Part shown: positions 1-10,094 of the stretch, piece after piece | How the letters are laid out: each line of letters starts with the position of its first letter | Position numbering within the stretch: the first letter of the stretch is position 1 | Assembly: GCA_963820825.1 (NCBI GenBank) | Contig: CAWGBN010000008.1 | Span: 320,001 to 384,000 of the forward strand | DNA from: Vulcanimicrobiota bacterium | GTDB taxonomy: Bacteria > Vulcanimicrobiota > Vulcanimicrobiia > Vulcanimicrobiales > Vulcanimicrobiaceae | Direction of reading: 5' to 3' | Length of the DNA stretch: 64,000 bases | Program-made: the position numbers and the translations under genes | Notes under the pieces: model-generated | The model's input: only the letters and a program-made list of their open reading frames with translations | What the model was told of the DNA's origin: nothing | The model's database searches: none

Positions 1-845
1 CCGGCGCGCACGTCGGTGATGAATTTCCAGTTCGGCGAGACGACGTTCTTCCAATCCGGGCCGTAACGGATGTGGCGCACCGCCTGGTAGCTCGACCACT
101 GCGCGCCGTCGCCGCTCGCCCGGCTGCCGTACCAGCTGGCATAGAACCGCCATGAAAGCTTCGATTTGTCGAGCTCGTCACCGAGCGTCGTATAGTCGTA
201 GCACGGTTTGATCCGCGGGCCGTCCGGGTCGCGCGTTTTGGTGATCGTGGCGACGAGATCGTCCTTTCCGTTTCCGCAGCCCCACTCGTGGGTCGGCAGA
301 TTGACGCTCCATGCCGCCTGCGCGGCGATGATGTACTGATGCGCGGCGTAGCTCTCGTCGATCTGCGATTGAAACATCCGGTCTGCCAGCACCCATTCGC
401 GTGCCATGTCGAAGTACGGCTTCGACTCGCGATGCGGCACGTAAACGTACTCCGGGTTCGGAGGCCCGAAGATCGATTTCTCTTTATCGAAGCCGTCCAT
501 CGCGCAATCGGTGCCGGGTAGCTTACCCGTTCCGTTGCACGCCGCAAACATGGCCTGCGCCGAGTGATCGATCTCATACCATTTCGTCAGGCTGACCGGC
601 TTGAGACGAATCGTTTCGCCTAAGGAGTTCTTTCCCTTGGAGACGGTATCGGCTCCCGGATAGCCCTGGAAGAGATTATCGAAGCTGCGGTTCTCTTGGA
701 CGATGAAGATCACGTGCTCGATCTTCCCCGCACCGGTCGCCTTGAGCGCACGCAGTGCCGCGCCGTGCTGCATGTAGGGCAGCGAGCCTTGCCCACACCC
801 CGTCAACGCCAGCGCGAGCGCGGCGCTACTCGTAATCCGGCGCAA
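1..845 (-). CDS. Phosphoesterase/phospholipase C family lipoprotein (3' end outside window)
   Basis: Manual translation: LALALTGC lipobox, [32 protein letters not shown]. Start uncertain (TTG at 845). Continues past base 1. Confidence 0.85.
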   Translation of the reverse strand, partial: MRRITSSAALALALTGCGQGSLPYMQHGAALRALKATGAGKIEHVIFIVQENRSFDNLFQGYPGADTVSKGKNSLGETIRLKPVSLTKWYEIDHSAQAMFAACNGTGKLPGTDCAMDGFDKEKSIFGPPNPEYVYVPHRESKPYFDMAREWVLADRMFQSQIDESYAAHQYIIAAQAAWSVNLPTHEWGCGNGKDDLVATITKTRDPDGPRIKPCYDYTTLGDELDKSKLSWRFYASWYGSRASGDGAQWSSYQAVRHIRYGPDWKNVVSPNWKFITDVRA

Positions 846-2181
846 AGTAATCGTTGGGAAGCGAGCGCATGAAGAACTTCGGCGGATACGGCGCCGCGAT
901 CTTCACGAACGGCCGCGGTTGCTGGTTGAAGTCGAAGCAATCGTCGGCGGGTGAGGCCGCGCGCCGGTCGGCGGCGTGGAGCTGCTTGAGGCCGAAGAGG
1001 TTCTCGGCGAAACGCAGGACGCTCGCCGTCTCGTACTGTTTGTGCGAGACGTAGTCTCTCTTGGCATAGGGTGAGATCACGAGCAGCGGGATGCGGAAAC
1101 CGAGCCCGTCGTAATCTTTATACGGCGGCGGAACGTGATCGTAGAGCCCGCCCCAATCGTCCCAGAGCACGAAGATCGCGGTCGATTTCCAAAACTTGCT
1201 CTGGCCCAGGGTATTGACCAGCGCCGCAACCCATGACGGCCCGTACCCGCCGCTGCAGTTGACGTGGTCGGAATCGTCACAGACCGGCGTGATCCAGGTG
1301 AAGGCGGCGAGCTTTCCGGCACGCACGTCGGTGATGAACTTCCAGTTCGGCGAGATGACGTCTCTCTTCCAATCGGGACCGTAATAGATGTGCTTCACGG
1401 CCTGATAGGCCGACCATTCGCCGCCGTCGCCCTGCGAACGATTCCCGTAGGAACCGGCGTAGAATCGCCACGGAAGATGCGCATCGTCAAGCTCGTCGCC
1501 GAGTGTCTCATAGTTGAAGCACGGCGGTTCCTTGGCTCCGTACTGGCGATTCTTGGTGATCGTTGCAACCGTCTCTTGCGAGCCGCCCTCGCAACCCCAC
1601 GCCAAGCCGAACGGCACGTTCACGGCGGATGCCGCTTGCGCGGCGATAACGTACTGATGCGCCACGAAGCTTTCGTCGAGCTGCGATTGAAACGTGCGAT
1701 CGCTCAGCACCCACTCGTGCGCCATGTCGAAATACGGCTTCGTATCCACATGCGGGACGTAGACGTACATCGGATAGCGGTTGCCGTGCGGCCCGCCGCT
1801 GTGCCCCTCCTGGTCGAAGCCGTCCATCCGGCACTTCGTCCCTGGCAGCGTTCCAGTACCGTTGCAGTCGGCGAACATCGCGGCGGACGAATGATCGAGG
1901 ACGTATTGTTCGGAGAGCGGGACCGGCTGGAGCGGCACGCGGTTTCCATGGGAGTCTTTGCCGCTCGAGACGGTGTCCGCGTGCGGATAGCCCTGAAAGA
2001 GATCGTCGAAACTGCGATTCTCTTGCACGATGAAGACGACGTGCTCGATCTTCCCGGCACCCGTCGCGCCGAGCGCACGTATCACCGCACCGTGCCGCAT
2101 GTACGGCAACACGGTGTCACCGTGGGCGCTAGAACAGCCCACCAGAGCAACGGCGAAAATCCAGAACGGTATCCGGTTCAT
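826..2181 (-). CDS. Phosphoesterase/phospholipase C family lipoprotein
   Basis: LVGC lipobox; [19 protein letters not shown] and [11 protein letters not shown] motifs. Start taken at MNRIPF. Confidence 0.9.
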   Translation of the reverse strand: MNRIPFWIFAVALVGCSSAHGDTVLPYMRHGAVIRALGATGAGKIEHVVFIVQENRSFDDLFQGYPHADTVSSGKDSHGNRVPLQPVPLSEQYVLDHSSAAMFADCNGTGTLPGTKCRMDGFDQEGHSGGPHGNRYPMYVYVPHVDTKPYFDMAHEWVLSDRTFQSQLDESFVAHQYVIAAQAASAVNVPFGLAWGCEGGSQETVATITKNRQYGAKEPPCFNYETLGDELDDAHLPWRFYAGSYGNRSQGDGGEWSAYQAVKHIYYGPDWKRDVISPNWKFITDVRAGKLAAFTWITPVCDDSDHVNCSGGYGPSWVAALVNTLGQSKFWKSTAIFVLWDDWGGLYDHVPPPYKDYDGLGFRIPLLVISPYAKRDYVSHKQYETASVLRFAENLFGLKQLHAADRRAASPADDCFDFNQQPRPFVKIAAPYPPKFFMRSLPNDYFAPDYE

Positions 2182-2273
2182 CGGTCCGGTACTCTTGGGC
2201 GAGGGCCAATGGGACCCTTGCATCTAACCGGCGAAAATATCGGTCCTTCGGACCCGGCAGAAGGGAGGCCGCT

Positions 2274-2475
2274 ATGGTGATTCCTTTCGCTGTTGCTCGC
2301 GGCATTTACGTTCGCGGCGATCCCGCTCGACGAGACCGGCAACCAAGGCAACGCCATCGTCCGCGGCACCGTGCGCGACAATGTGCGGCAACGAAACGTC
2401 GGCGGCGCGGCGGTATACGCAATCTCGAACGTCGACGTTCAAGCGACGCCGAGCGATCAGAAACCGTGTGGGTGA
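2274..2475 (+). pseudogene. Truncated secreted protein fragment (carboxypeptidase-regulatory-like domain start)
   Basis: GGGAGG RBS before ATG 2274, signal-like segment, then IVRGTVRD...VGGAAVYA. A frame change and an early stop at 2475. Confidence 0.35.
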
Positions 2476-2515
2476 TGAACGCCTGCCATTGACCGTCGCC
2501 CCATGAGAGCAATTG

Positions 2516-2539
2516 AAAAAGGGCCCTCAAAGGGCCCTT
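2516..2539 (-). terminator. Intrinsic terminator
   Basis: AAGGGCCCT-CAA-AGGGCCCTT hairpin with an A5 run on the left (U-tail on minus), downstream of the 2577-3159 gene. Confidence 0.6.
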
Positions 2540-2576
2540 CCAGGGAGGTGACTCGGCCGCTTAATCGCCGGCCTTT

Positions 2577-3159
2577 TCAACCTCGAAGGTATAATAGCCG
2601 TCGGGACGCTTCCCGCTTTCCGGAAGGTCCGAGGCGATCTCGCGGCTGCTTATGCCCTGGGCTAGTTCCCTGTTGCTCTCTGCGAACCGCTGTCGGAGGA
2701 GTTCCTCGATGCTCATTCTTGAACCCATTATAGCCATCCAGTGCTAGGAACACAACTAACGCTGCTACGGTTACCCAAAGCAGCCACTTAAATGATCGGC
2801 TTTTGCTCGCAACCAGGTCATCATTGTAGTGTATCGCGTTTATCTTCTCGAGAATGACGCTATCTCTGACGCGTTTAGGATTACGAATATAATCACCCGC
2901 GAAGCGTGCGGCCCTTGGGGCGCGCCTATACGGTCTTAGGCTCAGAGAAATTAACGTAAGCACGGTAAGGACCGTAAACGCTAATGCCCCCGCGAAACCG
3001 GGCCAATCCTTTGCCAAACTGTTCTTCCTGAAGCTCGAGCAACGGAAGAACGACCGCGGCCGCCCTCTCGTTATCGGCGTCATCATTGCGTGAGCTCGTG
3101 TCGCGCACCGATTCGAGAACGCTTCTAACCGCTCTTAAAAGCTCGGTGACTCCTTGCAA
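2577..3159 (-). pseudogene. Lower-GC membrane protein, frameshifted or partial
   Basis: Two overlapping ORFs (2926-3159, 2577-3086); two hydrophobic helices (FAGALAFTVLTVLTLISLSL, WLLWVTVAALVVFLAL). Confidence 0.4.
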
Positions 3160-3439
3160 CGTCTCCGGGATGTTACGAATACTTTACAGGACTCCAAGTC
3201 TCAGCGATGGCTCCGGCATATCGTCCGGACCGTCCACGTTCTCAATCATATCATTCTGAAAGATGCTTGGTCCACGAAGTACCCAGTCGCCGGAGACGGG
3301 TAGCGCTATCCCCAAAGCGGCCGATCATCCGATCCCCATCGAGGCTGCCGATGAGTAGAGTCCCTAACAGAATTTAGAGAATCTTGACTTTCGGCGCGTA
3401 GATAGGTTTGAAGGAGCTCTGCTTCGAGGAGGTTTACCG

Positions 3440-3901
3440 ATGCTGCGTAGAGTCGATCTGCTTTCAATGGCCGCCGGGCTTTTGTTATTGGCGGGATGCG
3501 CGTCCGGGCAGACTGCATCTCAAACAGGCGCCCCTGCCGCGCTCCCCATGCAACGAGGGCACTCACCCTCAACAATTCAACCGGACAAAGGTTGCGCCGG
3601 CTCACGTCACGTCGACATGACTCCCTGTCCGGTTCTACTCACGGCCGATACCAAAGATGGCATCGTGGTAACCGTCAAAGGGCGGCATGTCGCCGATTCG
3701 GCGATCGGCAAGATGACTTCGTGTTTTAACGCCGATCACTGCTACAACGTGGCGCGCGTCGGTAGCAGTCGAACGCAGTGGCTCTTCACATCGGGGCCGG
3801 CCTGCGGAGACGCACTCGTCAAGTTCCGCGCGCGCAATGCGGACGGACGCAGGATTGGGATCTATTACCTGGAGGTCTCCAACACGTACTGCCCGAGCTA
3901 G
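3440..3901 (+). CDS. Cys-rich hypothetical lipoprotein
   Basis: GAGGAGG RBS, LLLLAGC lipobox, 153 aa. Confidence 0.75.
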   Translation: MLRRVDLLSMAAGLLLLAGCASGQTASQTGAPAALPMQRGHSPSTIQPDKGCAGSRHVDMTPCPVLLTADTKDGIVVTVKGRHVADSAIGKMTSCFNADHCYNVARVGSSRTQWLFTSGPACGDALVKFRARNADGRRIGIYYLEVSNTYCPS

Positions 3902-3918
3902 AGCCTCCGAAGAGAGTA

Positions 3919-3952
3919 TCGGGGGCGACCCATCGGCATTGTCCGCCCCCGA
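3919..3952. terminator. GC hairpin between convergent genes
   Basis: TCGGGGGCG...CGCCCCCGA inverted repeat between the lipoprotein and pilin stops. Confidence 0.45.
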
Positions 3953-3963
3953 CCCCAGCTACG

Positions 3964-4125
3964 TTAGAGCGAGCCCGCGACGCCGTTGAACATGCCGTTG
4001 AGGCCGGTACCCAATGCTTTTACACCAACGACGGCAACTAGAGCGATGAACGCGACCAGCAAACCATATTCGACCATCGTTGCGCCTTCGTCGTTGTTGA
4101 TCAGGGACTTGAGGATAGTAAGCAA
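3964..4125 (-). CDS. flp: Flp family type IVb pilin
   Basis: Not in the ORF track. Manual translation MLTILKSLINNDEG|ATMVEYGLLVAFIALVAVVGVKALGTGLNGMFNGVAGSL; G|xxxxEY motif; TTG start after AAGGGAG RBS. Confidence 0.92.
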   Translation of the reverse strand: MLTILKSLINNDEGATMVEYGLLVAFIALVAVVGVKALGTGLNGMFNGVAGSL

Positions 4126-4260
4126 GGTGTGTCTCCCTTAAAATGTGAGATGTGACGAAACTTGCCGCTTTCTTAAGCGGCTCGCCGACAATGGTACCAC
4201 GTTGCTATCCAGGCCGCTATGGTGCGTTTGTACCGACTCGTAAACGGCGGGCACTAATCG

Positions 4261-4336
4261 TGGTGGGCGATGACGGGCTCGAACCGCCGACATCCTCCTT
4301 GTAAGGGAGGCGCTCTCCCAGCTGAGCTAATCGCCC
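4261..4336 (-). tRNA. tRNA-Val (TAC)
   Basis: Reverse complement GGGCGATTAGCTCAGCTGGGAGAGCGCCTCCCTTACAAGGAGGATGTCGGCGGTTCGAGCCCGTCATCGCCCACCA; 76 nt, TAC anticodon, encoded CCA. Confidence 0.97.
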
Positions 4337-4352
4337 TCGCGGATCGCCTCGG

Positions 4353-5897
4353 TCACCACGGGAAATGGCGCCGGTTGGCCAGTTTGAACGTGACGTAGGC
4401 GAGAGCCTTCGTCGCAAGTTCCAATATGAACGGATCGTTGTTCGAGAGATTGTCGCACCAGCGATGCGGATGGTCGACGCAGCCACCGTTAAAGCTCGGG
4501 ATCTTGCCCTCGTAGTTGCCGAGGAAGCCGCCCCAGACGTTCTTCTCCCACGGATGCTTGCAGCAGTCTTGCTCGGTGAGAATGCCCGAGTTGGGAACGC
4601 CGACGAGGCTGAAGGCAAACGAGTCGGTTCCGTCGTTGCCGAAGCGCGCCGGGCGTCCGATCACGCCGCCGGCATGGAAGTAATCCTTGAAATAATCGTT
4701 GCCGATCTTTGAGTCGGGAACGACGTTGGGTGGAAAACGCTTTACCTTGGTGGCGTGCGCCGGATCGGCGATGAGGATGTCGTAGTTCGGCGTCGCCGTC
4801 ACGTCGGCATCAATGTCGAAGACGATATCCTGGAGCTCCGATTTCGCGAGATGCGTGGTGTAGTAGCGCGAGCCCAACAGTCCGAGCTCCTCGCCGCCGA
4901 ACCAGATGTAGCGGAGCCGATTGACCGTGTGCGTCTTTGCCAGGTTGAGCGCGATCTCAAGAATCGATGTCGAGCCCGAAGCGTTGTCGAGCATTCCAGC
5001 GCCGTAGATTGCGTCGAGGTGCGCGTCGACGACCACGACACGCTGAGGATTGCCGTACGGCGAATCGGCGATCACGTTGTAATCGAGATCGCTGCGCGAC
5101 TGCTTCCGGATCTCGATGCGAACGACCGGCGCGCGTCCGGAGAGAGATCGGTGCACGAGATCGAGGCCGACTTGCGACGTGACGACGCCGGCGACCGGAA
5201 CGCGCGCGGGATCGATCAGCCGCGCCTCGTAGGCGCCGCGCCGCGGATCGTCAGCGTAAAGAATCACCGCAGCGGCGCCGGCCGACTCCGCGTTCTCGAC
5301 CTGCGTATCGAAATCGCAATCGCCGGCCTCCAGTAACGCAACGTGACCGCGGGAGAAACCCGCGAGATCGCCCGGCGAGCAGCCGGCCGCAGAGCCTGCC
5401 GGCGCTTCGACCGCAGCCGTCACCGCCCCGGCGCCCGAAAGCCGCGCAACGTACCAATCGCGCTCGAGTGCATAGTTGTTATCACTCGTGCGAAAAACGG
5501 GCACGCCGACGACTTCGGATTTCTTATAGACGTACTGCTGAATCGTTACGTTATAGCCGGCTTTTCGCATGAGCCCGGCGACGTAGGCAACCGAAGCGGC
5601 GTAACCCGGCGTTCCGGTGTCGCGATTGGGATGGCCTTGGCCGCCGGGGTTCTGATCGGCGATCCGCTGAAAATGCGCTAACCGGCGCCAGAGCGAGGCC
5701 CGCGCAATGCACGCTTCGAGCTTCGCCAAGGTATCGTTGACCCGGCGCTCGCAGCTTCGCGGCCCCAGCGCTCGGCCGGCGCTCGGCGCGGCGTCGCCGG
5801 CCGGCACGGAAGGCGCCTGCTGCAGTCCCGCCGGCTGGCAAGCGGTCAATGCGCACAGCAAAACGGAAAGCGCGAGGCGACCGATCAGGTTTAACAT
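4353..5897 (-). CDS. M28 family aminopeptidase with PA domain (lipoprotein)
   Basis: DAHLD, GMLDNASG and FGGEELGLLGS motifs; PA-domain CDFDTQVENAESAGA; ALTAC lipobox. Confidence 0.9.
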   Translation of the reverse strand: MLNLIGRLALSVLLCALTACQPAGLQQAPSVPAGDAAPSAGRALGPRSCERRVNDTLAKLEACIARASLWRRLAHFQRIADQNPGGQGHPNRDTGTPGYAASVAYVAGLMRKAGYNVTIQQYVYKKSEVVGVPVFRTSDNNYALERDWYVARLSGAGAVTAAVEAPAGSAAGCSPGDLAGFSRGHVALLEAGDCDFDTQVENAESAGAAAVILYADDPRRGAYEARLIDPARVPVAGVVTSQVGLDLVHRSLSGRAPVVRIEIRKQSRSDLDYNVIADSPYGNPQRVVVVDAHLDAIYGAGMLDNASGSTSILEIALNLAKTHTVNRLRYIWFGGEELGLLGSRYYTTHLAKSELQDIVFDIDADVTATPNYDILIADPAHATKVKRFPPNVVPDSKIGNDYFKDYFHAGGVIGRPARFGNDGTDSFAFSLVGVPNSGILTEQDCCKHPWEKNVWGGFLGNYEGKIPSFNGGCVDHPHRWCDNLSNNDPFILELATKALAYVTFKLANRRHFPW

Positions 5898-5923
5898 CGC
5901 TCGCACGCCGGGAAGGTTCCAAA

Positions 5924-6343
5924 GTGTACGCACATCCCGAGACGAGCTTGAACAAGCACTACCAGGCCGCCTACACCAGCGACATCCGAAACGTGGCGCT
6001 GGCGCGCCAGGAGATTGCTCGCTTTGCGATCGCGTGCGGATTCTCGGAGGAGGACGTCTCGGATATCCGCCTGGCCGCCGGCGAAGCGCTGAGCAATGCG
6101 GTCGAACATGGCTGCGCGACCTCCGACCGCAGCTTCACCGTGAGGTGCGGGTTTGACGGGGAGCGACTCACGATCGTGATTCAAGACAGCGGTCGCGGCT
6201 TTGCCGAGCCGGTCCACCGGGTGAGCGTCGAACCCGACGACCGCGGACGCGGCTTCGGCATCTTCTTGATGCGCCGCTTGATGGACGAAGTCTCCTTCGC
6301 GCGCAACGGGAGCGTCGTGCGGCTTGTCCGCCGACATCCCTAG
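5924..6343 (+). CDS. Anti-sigma factor/Ser kinase-like ATP-binding protein (RsbW-like HATPase)
   Basis: DIRLAAGEALSNAVEHG, IQDSGRGF, GRGFGIFLMRRLMDEV. Start codon uncertain (GTG 5924). Confidence 0.88.
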   Translation: MYAHPETSLNKHYQAAYTSDIRNVALARQEIARFAIACGFSEEDVSDIRLAAGEALSNAVEHGCATSDRSFTVRCGFDGERLTIVIQDSGRGFAEPVHRVSVEPDDRGRGFGIFLMRRLMDEVSFARNGSVVRLVRRHP

Positions 6344-6350
6344 CTCGCGC

Positions 6351-7685
6351 TTAGGTCTTATTCGTCGCGATCTTCTTCTGCAGCAACGCGATGGCGGCGC
6401 GCAGCTGAGCGTCGGTCGCGACGTCACCGAACCGGGCGTCGCGGTTCTCGTCGACGCGAACGTCCGGGTCGATTCCGCGCAGATTGATGTCGCGCCGGCT
6501 CGGCGTGAGATAGTGCGCGGTCGTGATTTTGATTGCGGCGCCGTCGGGCAGCGGCGTGAGCGTCTGCATGACACCCTTTCCGAAGGTCTTCGCGCCGACG
6601 AGCATCCCGATGCCGTCATCTTGCAGCGCTCCGGCGGTGATCTCCGACGCCGACGCGGTGTATTGATTCACCAGCACCGTCACCGGCAAGCTGATCGACG
6701 GATTGCCGTCGGCATCGATCGTGGTGGCGCGTTTGCCGCGCTCTTCGACCGTAAGCAACGCCTTGTTCGCGATGAAGCGCGAGCTGATGTCGAGCGCCGA
6801 GTTGACGTATCCGCCGCCGTCGTTGCGGAGATCGAGCACGAGCGCCTTGGCTCCCAGTGCGTTGAGGCGCGAAACCGCCGTATCGAACTCGTTGGGCGTC
6901 GCTCGGCCGAACTCCATCACCCAAACGTATCCGATGCCGTCGGCAAGCATCTTGAAGACGACGGTCGGCGGCTGCACGTCCTCACGCGTGATCGTGAAAA
7001 CGGCCGGAGCGTTGGCGTGCTGCACCGATACGGCGACGACGGTCCCGGATTTGCCGCGAAGCCGCCCGCTGACGACGTCGACGGTTTGACCCTTCGTGGA
7101 GACTCCGTCGATGGCCGTGACGACGTCGCCGACCGCCATCCCCGCGCGTTCGGCCGGCGTCGCGGGCAATACGTACGTTACCCGTACGCATCCCGTTGCC
7201 TGATCGGGCTCGATCATCACCCCGATGCCGCTGATCTTTTCGGGATCGAGAGCCTGGTTAAACGCCTTGAACTCGGCGGGCGTAAAGAACTGCGTGTACC
7301 GGTCGTTGGTTGCCTTCGCCATTCCCGCGATGGCGGCGTACGCAAAATCGCTCGGCGATGCGTGCGCGGTGCGCGCGGCCGACGCAATCGCGCCGTCGAG
7401 CTCGGCGAGCGTCGCGTCGCGATCGCCCTCCACTTTCAGCGTCGGCGGAGCCATCGTCACGCCGTGCTTGTGCGCGGCATCTGAAAGCGCGTTGGCTGCG
7501 GCCGCAAGCAGCGCTTGCGGATCGACCGTGTCGTAGTAGGTGCCGGTTAGAAGTTGGAAGCTCTCGGTTACGTCGCCGGCGACTTGATACGGAAGCGCGG
7601 GCGGCGCAGACGTCGCGCCCAAGCAGAGCGCGAACAATGCGGAGATGGCAACGGTACGTCCAACGAGCTCAGAAAACGGCTTCAT
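6351..7685 (-). CDS. S41 C-terminal processing peptidase (CtpA-like, PDZ)
   Basis: GIGVMI PDZ segment, DLRNDGGG, TASASEI, TFGKGVMQ. Confidence 0.93.
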   Translation of the reverse strand: MKPFSELVGRTVAISALFALCLGATSAPPALPYQVAGDVTESFQLLTGTYYDTVDPQALLAAAANALSDAAHKHGVTMAPPTLKVEGDRDATLAELDGAIASAARTAHASPSDFAYAAIAGMAKATNDRYTQFFTPAEFKAFNQALDPEKISGIGVMIEPDQATGCVRVTYVLPATPAERAGMAVGDVVTAIDGVSTKGQTVDVVSGRLRGKSGTVVAVSVQHANAPAVFTITREDVQPPTVVFKMLADGIGYVWVMEFGRATPNEFDTAVSRLNALGAKALVLDLRNDGGGYVNSALDISSRFIANKALLTVEERGKRATTIDADGNPSISLPVTVLVNQYTASASEITAGALQDDGIGMLVGAKTFGKGVMQTLTPLPDGAAIKITTAHYLTPSRRDINLRGIDPDVRVDENRDARFGDVATDAQLRAAIALLQKKIATNKT

Positions 7686-7728
7686 GGGTCCCCTCTTCGA
7701 TTCTTATCGCAATAACGCATAGCAAGCG

Positions 7729-8688
7729 TCAAGCGTTTCGGCTTGCCGCCGCCCGGACGAGGCGGTCCATCATCGCAAGGCCCAACCCAGCCTCGGGTAA
7801 AGGCTGAGCATCGATCCGCTCGAGTCCAAGGGAGTCGAGCTCGTGGAGCGCTTCGAAGAAAGATGCGGCTGCCGCACGCAAGTCCCCTTCCCGGGAGAGC
7901 GTCCGGACTGCCGCGTACCCCTCGCTCTCGTCGCGCAACGCGAGCAGTCCGGCCCGCCGGCGCTGCGCGAGCGGCACCAGGGCCGGATCGATTAGCCGCA
8001 GCGGCGTCCGCGGCGCGTAATGGTGCGGCAACTGCCCCGGGGCCGTCGCCGGACCCGTTCGAGCCCCGCGCTCGAGCGGGCCGGTGATCGACTCGATCGC
8101 CTCGATAGGAATCGCTCCCGGGCGCAGCAGGGCCGGACGGGGCTCGAGGGCGACGATCGTCGACTCGATACCGTGCTCGCAGGGGCCGCCGTCCAGAACG
8201 AGATCGACGCGGTCACCGAGGCCCTCGCTGACGTGCTGCGCGCGCGTCGGACTCAAGTGACCGAACGGGTTCGCGCTCGGCGCGGCCAGCGGCGCCCCCA
8301 GCGTTGCAAGCAACGTGCGCGCGACCGGATGCGAGGGCACGCGTACCGCGACCGTGCTCAAGCCGGCCGTCACCAGCCCGGGAACCGCGGCGCTCTTGCC
8401 GAGCACCAACGTGAGCGCGCCCGGCCAGAAGCGATCGATCAGACGTTCTGCCGACTCCGGAACTCGTGAGACGACGCTTGCGAGCATCGCACGATCGAGT
8501 ACGTGCACGATCAGCGGATCGAAGCTCGGCCGCTGCTTGATCTCAAAGATTCGCGCGACCGCAGCACGATCGAAAGCAAGCGCTCCGAGACCGTAGACCG
8601 TTTCGGTAGGAAACGCGACGACGCCGCCGGAGCGCAACGCAGCGGCCGCTCGCGCGATGCTCTGCGAATCTGCCGGCAAGACGGGCAC
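7729..8688 (-). CDS. sua5: L-threonylcarbamoyladenylate synthase (Sua5/TsaC)
   Basis: VAFPTETVYGLGA, KQRPSFDPLIVH, APSANPFG, APGQLPHHYAP and a SUA5 C-terminal domain. Confidence 0.95.
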   Translation of the reverse strand: MPVLPADSQSIARAAAALRSGGVVAFPTETVYGLGALAFDRAAVARIFEIKQRPSFDPLIVHVLDRAMLASVVSRVPESAERLIDRFWPGALTLVLGKSAAVPGLVTAGLSTVAVRVPSHPVARTLLATLGAPLAAPSANPFGHLSPTRAQHVSEGLGDRVDLVLDGGPCEHGIESTIVALEPRPALLRPGAIPIEAIESITGPLERGARTGPATAPGQLPHHYAPRTPLRLIDPALVPLAQRRRAGLLALRDESEGYAAVRTLSREGDLRAAAASFFEALHELDSLGLERIDAQPLPEAGLGLAMMDRLVRAAASRNA

Positions 8689-8730
8689 GAGGAAGGGATG
8701 GCGCCCGGCCCCGGACGATACCTTTAAACC

Positions 8731-10092
8731 ATGCCGGGTCTTGGGCGCTCCCCGCGGCTTTTACCGCTCGCCGCGCTACTATTGGCCGCCTTCTTTTCCG
8801 TGCTGCTCGAGGGTTGCAGCGGCGGCGGCTCGACGCCGTCGGCTGCGGGCCCGCTCCCGCCACCGCCGCCGGCGAAGCAGGGAAAGTACTTCACGCACAT
8901 CGTGATCGTCGTCCAAGAGAACCGCACCTTCGACAATCTCTTCGCGACGTTTCCGAATGCCGACGGCACGACGCGCGGCAAGACGCATAACGGTAAGACG
9001 TATTTGCTTCGCAAGGCCAATCTCGAGAGTCCGATCTCCCCGAATAACGGCTACCAATACTGGAAGCGCGACTGGAACAACGGAAAGATGAACGGGTTCG
9101 ACACCGTTCCGATCGGCAAGACGCCCGGAACCTACGTCTACCAATACGTCAACCCCGATCAGATCCGCTCCTATTGGGAGCTCGCCTCGCAGTACGTGCT
9201 CGCCGATCACACCTTTCAGAGTCAGGGCAGCGGCAGCTTTACCGCGCATCAAGACCTGATTCGCGGCGGTACGCAGATCGACGCGACGCAGAGCCTCATC
9301 GACTTTCCGAGCAGCGCACCGTGGGGATGCGACTCGCCGACGGGAACGCGAACGTCCCTGATCACCGCGGCCAATCAGTACGAGTTTCTGCAAGGCCCGT
9401 TTCCGTGCCTGAGCTATCGTACGCTGCGCGATCTGCTCGACGGTTCCGGCATATCGTGGCGCTACTACACGCCGGCAGTCGGAAGCTTCGGCGGCAATCT
9501 CTGGAACGCGTTCGATGCGATCGGGGCGGTCCGCAACGGCCCGGAATGGGCCGCAAACGTCATCTCGCCGGAGACGCAAGTCTTCACCGATATCGATCGC
9601 AACACGTTACCGGCAATCTCGTGGGTCATTCCGGATTTCAAGAACTCCGATCACCCGGGAGACAACTCCGATACCGGGCCGTCGTGGGTTGCGCAGGTCG
9701 TCAATGCGATCGGCAAGAGTCCCGCGTGGAAGACGACCGCGATCCTGATTGTTTGGGACGATTGGGGCGGGTGGTACGATCACGTCGCGCCGCCGGGCGG
9801 TCGCCGGTTCGGCGGCTTGGGATTCCGCGTTCCGCTCATCTCCGTCGCCCCGTACTCGAAGGAAGGCTACGTCGCGAGCCGCGCCTACGAGTTCGGCAGC
9901 ATCGTGCGATTCGTCGAGGATAACTGGGATCTCGGACGTCTCGGAACGACCGACCAGCATTCGGCCGATTTCGTGCACGACTTTTTCGATTTCACTCAGA
10001 ACCCGCGCAAGTTCGTCCCCGTCGACTCATCCTATTCTAGAGCGTATCTCCTGGCGCAGCCGCCGTCGAACGAGCCGGTCGACAACGAATAA
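8731..10092 (+). CDS. Phosphoesterase/phospholipase C family lipoprotein
   Basis: LEGC lipobox; QENRTFD, QGSGSFTAHQ, SDHP, WDDWGGWYDHV. Confidence 0.9.
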   Translation: MPGLGRSPRLLPLAALLLAAFFSVLLEGCSGGGSTPSAAGPLPPPPPAKQGKYFTHIVIVVQENRTFDNLFATFPNADGTTRGKTHNGKTYLLRKANLESPISPNNGYQYWKRDWNNGKMNGFDTVPIGKTPGTYVYQYVNPDQIRSYWELASQYVLADHTFQSQGSGSFTAHQDLIRGGTQIDATQSLIDFPSSAPWGCDSPTGTRTSLITAANQYEFLQGPFPCLSYRTLRDLLDGSGISWRYYTPAVGSFGGNLWNAFDAIGAVRNGPEWAANVISPETQVFTDIDRNTLPAISWVIPDFKNSDHPGDNSDTGPSWVAQVVNAIGKSPAWKTTAILIVWDDWGGWYDHVAPPGGRRFGGLGFRVPLISVAPYSKEGYVASRAYEFGSIVRFVEDNWDLGRLGTTDQHSADFVHDFFDFTQNPRKFVPVDSSYSRAYLLAQPPSNEPVDNE

Positions 10093-10094
10093 AA

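Noticed and set aside
2516..2539. AAGGGCCCTCAAA resembling the 31-bp repeat core
   Set aside because: Fully explained as a terminator hairpin; the flanking arms do not match.
2577..3086. Pycsar-effector-like assignment for the membrane ORF
   Set aside because: Only a loose topological resemblance, the gene is broken, and there is no adjacent cyclase.
4144..4160. CRP-like site upstream of flp
   Set aside because: Two TGTGA half-sites in tandem but no TCACA partner.
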